A stretch of 64,000 nt of DNA. Source: Neoechinorhynchus agilis. Its lineage: Eukaryota > Animalia > Acanthocephala. This document shows positions 58,601-64,000 of this stretch, in pieces. Below the pieces are notes generated by a model, which worked only from the letters and a program-made list of their open reading frames with translations, searched no databases and had not been told where the DNA came from. The translations under genes were made by a program, and so were the position numbers. How positions within the stretch are numbered: the first letter of the stretch is position 1; every line of letters begins with the position of its first letter. Location: the NCBI GenBank assembly GCA_051530055.1, contig CM121342.1, positions 1,646,797 to 1,710,796 of the forward strand, read 5' to 3'.

Positions 58601-61600
58601 GCTGTCCGAAAAGAAAGCTCATCTTCCAGTTCAGACAGCGATGCTCCTGCGAAGGCGAAAGCTCCTTCTGTGAAAATTTCACCACCTACTCAGAAGGCTA
58701 TCCGAAAAGAAAGCTCATCTTCCGGTTCCGACAGCGATGCTCCTGCGAAGGCCAAAGCTACTCCTTTGAAAATTTCAGCACCTACTCAGAAGGCGATCCG
58801 AAAAGCTCATCTTCCAGTTCTGACAGCGATGCTCCTGTGAAGGCGAAAGCTGCTCCTGTTGAAATTTCACCACCTACTCCGAAAGCTGTCCGAAAAGAGA
58901 GCTCATCTTCCAGTTCTGACAGCGATGCTCCTGCAAAGACGAGAACTACTGTGAAAATTTCTGCGCCTACTCCGAAAGCTGTCCGAAAAGAAAGCTCATC
59001 TTCCAGTTCAGACAGCGATGCTCCTGCGAAGGCGAAAGCTATTCTGTGAAAATTTCACCACCTACTCAGAAGGCTATCCGAAAAGAAAGCTCATCTTCCA
59101 GTTCCGACAGCGATGCTCCTGCGAAGGCCAAAGCTACTCCTGTGAAAATTTCAGCACCTACTCAGAAGGCGATCCGAAAAGAAAGCTCATCTTCCAGTTC
59201 TGACAGCGATGCTCCGTCGAAGGCGAAAGCTACTCTTGTTAAAATTTCACCACCTACTCCGAAAGCTGTCCGAAAAGAGAGCTCATCTTCCAGTTCTGAC
59301 AGCGATGCTCCTGCAAAGACGAGAACTACTGTGAAAATTTCTGCGCCTACTCCGAAAGCTGTCCGAAAAGAAAGCTCATCTTCCAGTTCAGACAGCCTTG
59401 CTCCTGCAAAGGCGAAAACTACTGTGAAAATTTCTGCACCTGCCCAGAGGCTATCCGAAAGAAAGCTCATCTTCCAGTTCAGACAGCGATGCTCCTGCAA
59501 AGGCGAAAACTACTCTGTAAAATTTCACCACCTACCAGAAGGCTCCGAAAGAAGTCATCTTCCAGTTCACAGCGATGCTCCTCGAAGGCCAAAGCTCTGT
59601 AAAAATTTCACCACCTACTCAGAAGGCTATCCGAAAAGAAAGCTCATCTTCCAGTTCTGACAGCGATGCTCCTGCGAAGGCGAAAGCTACTCCTTTGAAA
59701 TTTCTCCGCCTACTCAGAAGGCTATCCGAAAAGAACCACCCCAGGATGCCCCAAACAGACCAAATTTCCCTACCAAGCGTCCGAAAAGAAAGCTCATCTT
59801 CCAGTTCGACAGCGATGCTCCTGCAAAGACGAGAACTACTGTGAAAATTTCTGCGCCTACTCCGAAAGCTGTCCGAAAAGAAAGCTCATCTTCCAGTTCA
59901 GACAGCGATGCTCCTGCGAAGGCGAAAGCTTCTTCTGTGAAAATTTCACCACCTACTCAGAAGGCTATCCGAAAAGAAAGTCCATCTTCAAGTTCCGACA
60001 GCGATGCTCCTGCGAAGGCCAAAGCTACTCCTTTGAAAATTTCAGCACCTACACAGAAGGCGATCCGAAAAGAAAGCTCATCTTCCAGTTCTGACAGCGA
60101 TGCTCCTGCAAAGACGAGAACTACTGTGAAAATTTCTGCGCCTACTCCGAAAGCTGTCCGAAAAGAAAGCTCATCTTCCAGTTCAGACAGCGATGCTCCG
60201 TCGAAGGCGAAAGCTACGCTTGTTAAAATTTCAGCACCTACTCCGAAAGCTGTCCGAAAAGAGAGCTCATCTTCCAGTTCTGACAGCGATGCTCCTGCAA
60301 AGACGAGAACTACTGTGAAAATTTCTGCGCCTACTCCGAAAGCTGTCCGAAAAGAAAGCTCATCTTCCAGTTCAGACAGCGATGCTCCTGCGAAGGCGAA
60401 AGCTACTCCTGTAAAAATTTCACCACCTACTCAGAAGGCTATCCGAAAAGCAAGCTCATCTTCAAGTTCCGACAGCGATGCTCCTATAAATGCGAAAGCT
60501 ACTCCTGTGAAAACTTCTAAAGCGGTCCGAAAAGAAAGCTTATCTTCCAGTTCAGACAGCGAAACTCCTGTAAAGTCGAAAGCTACTTCTGTGAAAATTT
60601 CACTACCTTCTCAGAAGGCTATCCGAAAAGAAAGTTCATCTTCAAGTTCCTACAGCGATGCTCCTGCGAAGGCCAAAGCTACTCCTGTTAAAATTTCACC
60701 ACTTACTCAGAAGGCTGTCCGAAAAGCAAGTTCATCTTCCAGTTCAGACAGCGATGCTCCTGCGAAGGCGAAAACTACTGTGAAAATTTCTGCACCTGCT
60801 CAGAAGGCTATCCGAAAAGAAAGCTCATCTTCCAGTTCAGACAGCCTTGCTCCTGCAAAGGCGAAAACTACTGTGAAAATTTCTGCACCTGCCCAGAGGG
60901 CTATCCGAAAGGAAAGCTCATCTTCCAGTTCAGACAGCGATGCTCCTGCAAAGGCGAAAACTACTCCTGTTAAAATTTCACCACCTACCCAGAAGGCTGC
61001 CCGAAGAGCAAGTTCATCTTCCAGTTCAGACAGCGATGCTCCTTCGAAGGCCAAAGCTGCAAGTGTAAAAATTTCACCACCTACTCAGAAGGCTATCCGA
61101 AAAGAAAGCTCATCTTCCAGTTCTGACAGCGATGCTCCTGCGAAGGCGAAAGCTACTCCTTTGAATATTTCTGCGCCTACTCAGAAGGCTATCCGAAAAG
61201 AAAGCTCATCTTCGGGTACTGGCAGCGATGCTCCTGCAAAGGCCAGAGCTACTCCTTTGAAAATTTCTGTTCCTACTCAGAAGGCGATCCGAAAAGAAAG
61301 CTCATCTTCCAGTTCAGACAGCGATGCTGCTGTAAAGGCGAAAACTACTGTGAAAATTTCTGCGCCTACTCAGAAGGCTATCCGAGAAGAAAGCTCATCT
61401 TCCAGTTCTGACAGCGATGCTCCTGCGAAGACGAAAGCTACTCCTTTGAATATTTCTGCGCCTACTCAGAAGGCTATCCGAAAAGAAAGCTCATCTTCCA
61501 GTTCTGGCAGCGATGCTCCTGCAAAGGCCAGAGCTACTCCTTTGAAAATTTCTGCTCCTACTCGGAAGGCGATCCGAAAAGAACGCTCAGCTTCCAGTTC

Positions 61601-63155
61601 AGACAGCGATGCTCCTGCAAAGGCGAAAACTACTGTGAAAATTTCTGCACCTGTTCAGAAGGCTATCCAAAAAGATAGCTCATCTTCCAGTTCAGACGGC
61701 GATGCTCCTGCAAAGGCGAAAACTACTGTGAAAATTTCTGCGCCTACTCAGAAGGCTATCCGAAAAGAAAGCTCATCTTCCAGTTCTGACAGCGATGCTC
61801 CTGTAAAGGCGAAAACTACTCCTGTTAAAATTTCACCACCTACCCAGAAGGCTGTCCGAAGAGCGAGTTCATCTTCCAGTTCAGACAGCGATGCTCCTTT
61901 GAAGGCCAAAGCTGCAAGTGTAAAAATTTCACCACCTACTCAGAAGGCTGCCCGAAAAGAAAGCTCATCTTCCAGTTCAGACCGCGATGCTCCTGTAAAG
62001 GCGAAAGCTACTTCTGTTAAAATTTCTGCGCCTACTCAGAAGGCTATCCGAAAAGGGGGATCATCTTCTAGTTCAGACAGCGATGCTCCTGCAAAGGCGA
62101 AAACTACTGTTAAAATTTCTGCGCCTACTCCGAACGCTGTCCGAAAAGGAAGTTCATCTTCAAGTTCAGGCAGCGATGGTTCTTCGAAGGCCAAAGCTTC
62201 TCCTGTGAAAATTCCTGCACGTACTCCGAAAGCTATCCCAAAAGCAAGCTTATCTTCCAGTTCAGGCAGTGATGCTCGAATGAAGTCAAAAATTATTGTT
62301 GCGAAAACAACGACCTTGACTTCGAAGAAAGCTAGGAAGCTTTTCTCATCTTCAAGTTCAGACAGCCATTCACCTGTAAAAGCAAAGTGGAATTCTTCTA
62401 AAACGTCCTCACCAACTCCGAATAAAATTCGTAAGAAAGGATTATCTTCCGGTACTGACAGCGATGCTACTTTTGAGTCGAAAGTTGTTCAATCGAATTT
62501 TTCGGCAACGTCCATTAAGGCTTTCCGGACGCAAAGCCCTTCTTCGTCTTCAGCTTCTAAATCAGTTTGTTCGTTTAAGCATGTTTCCCGAAAGAGTGAA
62601 GACAATAATTTGACGCCCTTTAAAAGAGTTGAAGGTGTAAAGCGAATCTTGCAAGATGATACTTCGTGTTACCATTCTGATAACGACAATATTTCTCAGC
62701 GCCCTTTGAAGAAGGTATCTAAGACCATGGATAGTGTCGAGTGTGGCAACGATGACGTAAACGATTTAAGTAATTTTAATGAAGTGTCCGTTGTTTCTAA
62801 TAAGAAGCGTACGATTTCCGACAATTCTTATGCACCGCCTTCCAAAATTGAACGACGTGTAGGCGGATCCGCTAAACGTGCTAATTCTCCATTTCGTCGT
62901 GTTCGTGAAGAAGATTTAACCGATGATTTGCACGACAATTCGTTTTATTCTAAGGTTTGTATTTTCGTTTGCCGCTTGCCGACTAATTCTTTATAGAAGG
63001 GAAATCGCTCATACGGGGAGAAGGCCTTCAATGCTTTACGGCACACACGTGGAAAGGCGTTCCGCCATGAAAAAACAAAGAAGAAACGCAGCACTTACAG
63101 AGGTGGTAAAATTGATTTGTCCATTAATTCGATTCAATTCGAAGATAGCGAATGA
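52629..63155 (+). CDS. NOLC1: Nopp140/NOLC1 nucleolar phosphoprotein, hugely repeat-expanded (~3,400 codons; apparent frameshifts at ~54620-54790, ~58800, ~59040, ~59450-59820); intron 62955-62996
   Basis: C-terminal SRP40_C: NSPFRRV...DNSFYSK|KG..SYGEKA...TRGKAFRHEKTKKKRSTYRGGKID...SIQFEDSE*; alternating Ser/acidic and K/A/P blocks. Confidence 0.92.
53390..62300 (+). repeat. Coding minisatellite, 81-84 bp units (~105-110 copies)
   Basis: Unit KISAPTQKAIRKESSSSSSDSDAPAKAK(A)TPV with variants. Confidence 0.97.
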
Positions 63156-63599
63156 AAGTGTTCAAAAATTCATTTTTCTTGTTTTCTCTGATTTCGCAGT
63201 TCGTTTATATCATAACATACTTATTTTTCCAATGCACTTGAAATTGTATACAAGCTGTGCTCATTTGTCTACACCCCAATCGACTATTACTGTTTTGCGT
63301 CCAAACGAATTGCAATTGTTTGTCTGTTGGGTTTTCGTTGTCCTTATAACCGCATGCTCGTACGCATTTGTATGCGTGTTCATGTATAATAATAACAACA
63401 CGTTAATTGTTGAAATGCATCTTTGTATTAATGGATATTATTTTGTGAACTTGAAGCTTGTGTTTGAGGATTTTAATTTGCTTGTTTTTGTCTGTGATGA
63501 TTCGTATTCGTGCATAACATTTCTTTGCGTTGTTTTCGTGTTTTGTATGATAATCGATTTATCTTTTCCCATAGTATTGTAATTTATACCTTACAAACC

Positions 63600-63990
63600 C
63601 TGCCGCCCTGGTGTGATGGTCTAAAGGACGAAAGCAGCGTTCCCTCGTTGCACAGTCATAGTAATGTTTTGTAGGAGGAATGCTCTTGATCTCGGATCGC
63701 CAGTGATTCGTCTCAATCTCTTAGACAATTGCTTGAACAGGTCCTGCGCCGTGGTACCATACGACCCGAGTGTCTCGACGCCAAAGGGAACAAAATAATA
63801 ATTTCGACCTAGGCCCGGTATTTTGTCTTTTTGAGTTGCTTCTCCCCCTGGTTTAAGAGCGGCAAATTTTATGTTGCTGGCTGCGAATGGCGTCCCAGGG
63901 AAGGTATTTTATTTCTCGCCGCTGGAATACTTTAACACCTTCAGGTCTACGGCCATCGTGTAGGCGAAGAATGCTCGGCTCTAGAATGTT
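63600..63990 (-). mobile_element. CRE-clade LINE 3' fragment (diverged)
   Basis: DGRRPEG...WDA...FVPFGVETLG...FLLQNITMTVQRGNAA. Confidence 0.82.
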
Positions 63991-64000
63991 TGACGTATTC

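Noticed and set aside
53063-61054. Antisense ORFs with ELEDELSFR repeats
   Set aside because: Shadows of the NOLC1 coding repeat
62923-63582. 219-aa hydrophobic ORF
   Set aside because: It overlaps the NOLC1 last intron and exon in another frame and the T-rich 3' UTR; no recognisable family
26660-63990. Site-specific targeting of the CRE elements (e.g. spliced-leader genes, as for trypanosomatid CRE/SLACS)
   Set aside because: The 3' flanks of the four copies share no visible sequence and no SL RNA gene was recognised
1-64000. tRNA, rRNA or snoRNA genes
   Set aside because: No cloverleaf, rRNA-like or box C/D or H/ACA pattern was recognised by eye; a covariance-model scan would be needed to exclude them

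Overview
This is AT-rich eukaryotic DNA from a compact, metazoan-type genome. The code is standard: TAA, TAG and TGA each end a conserved gene. Most introns are 40-85 nt. Nine host genes are recognisable: hexokinase, TAF13, syntaxin-18, COG2, TMEM165/GDT1, an SLC15/PepT peptide transporter, a PEST-type tyrosine phosphatase, NSA2 and a giant repeat-expanded Nopp140/NOLC1. There is also an intronless, probably secreted gene nested antisense in an SLC15 intron. Between the genes lie decayed retroelements (an APE-RT LINE, RTE, CR1/L2-type, CRE-type RLE LINEs, Penelope-like elements with hammerhead ribozymes, Gypsy fragments), MITEs and two tandem arrays (8 x ~479 bp and ~14 x 201 bp). The most striking unexplained pattern is a set of short introns that fold into end-to-end hairpins. 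In three of them the conserved protein alignment is best restored by non-canonical boundaries (GA-AG twice, GT-CG once), and a fourth is GC-AG. Nearly every gene also has a 3' splice acceptor just upstream of its ATG, suggesting SL trans-splicing and a COG2-TMEM165 operon. All exon structures were read by eye. Some frameshifts in the repeat arrays look like long-read assembly errors. The organism cannot be identified from this window.
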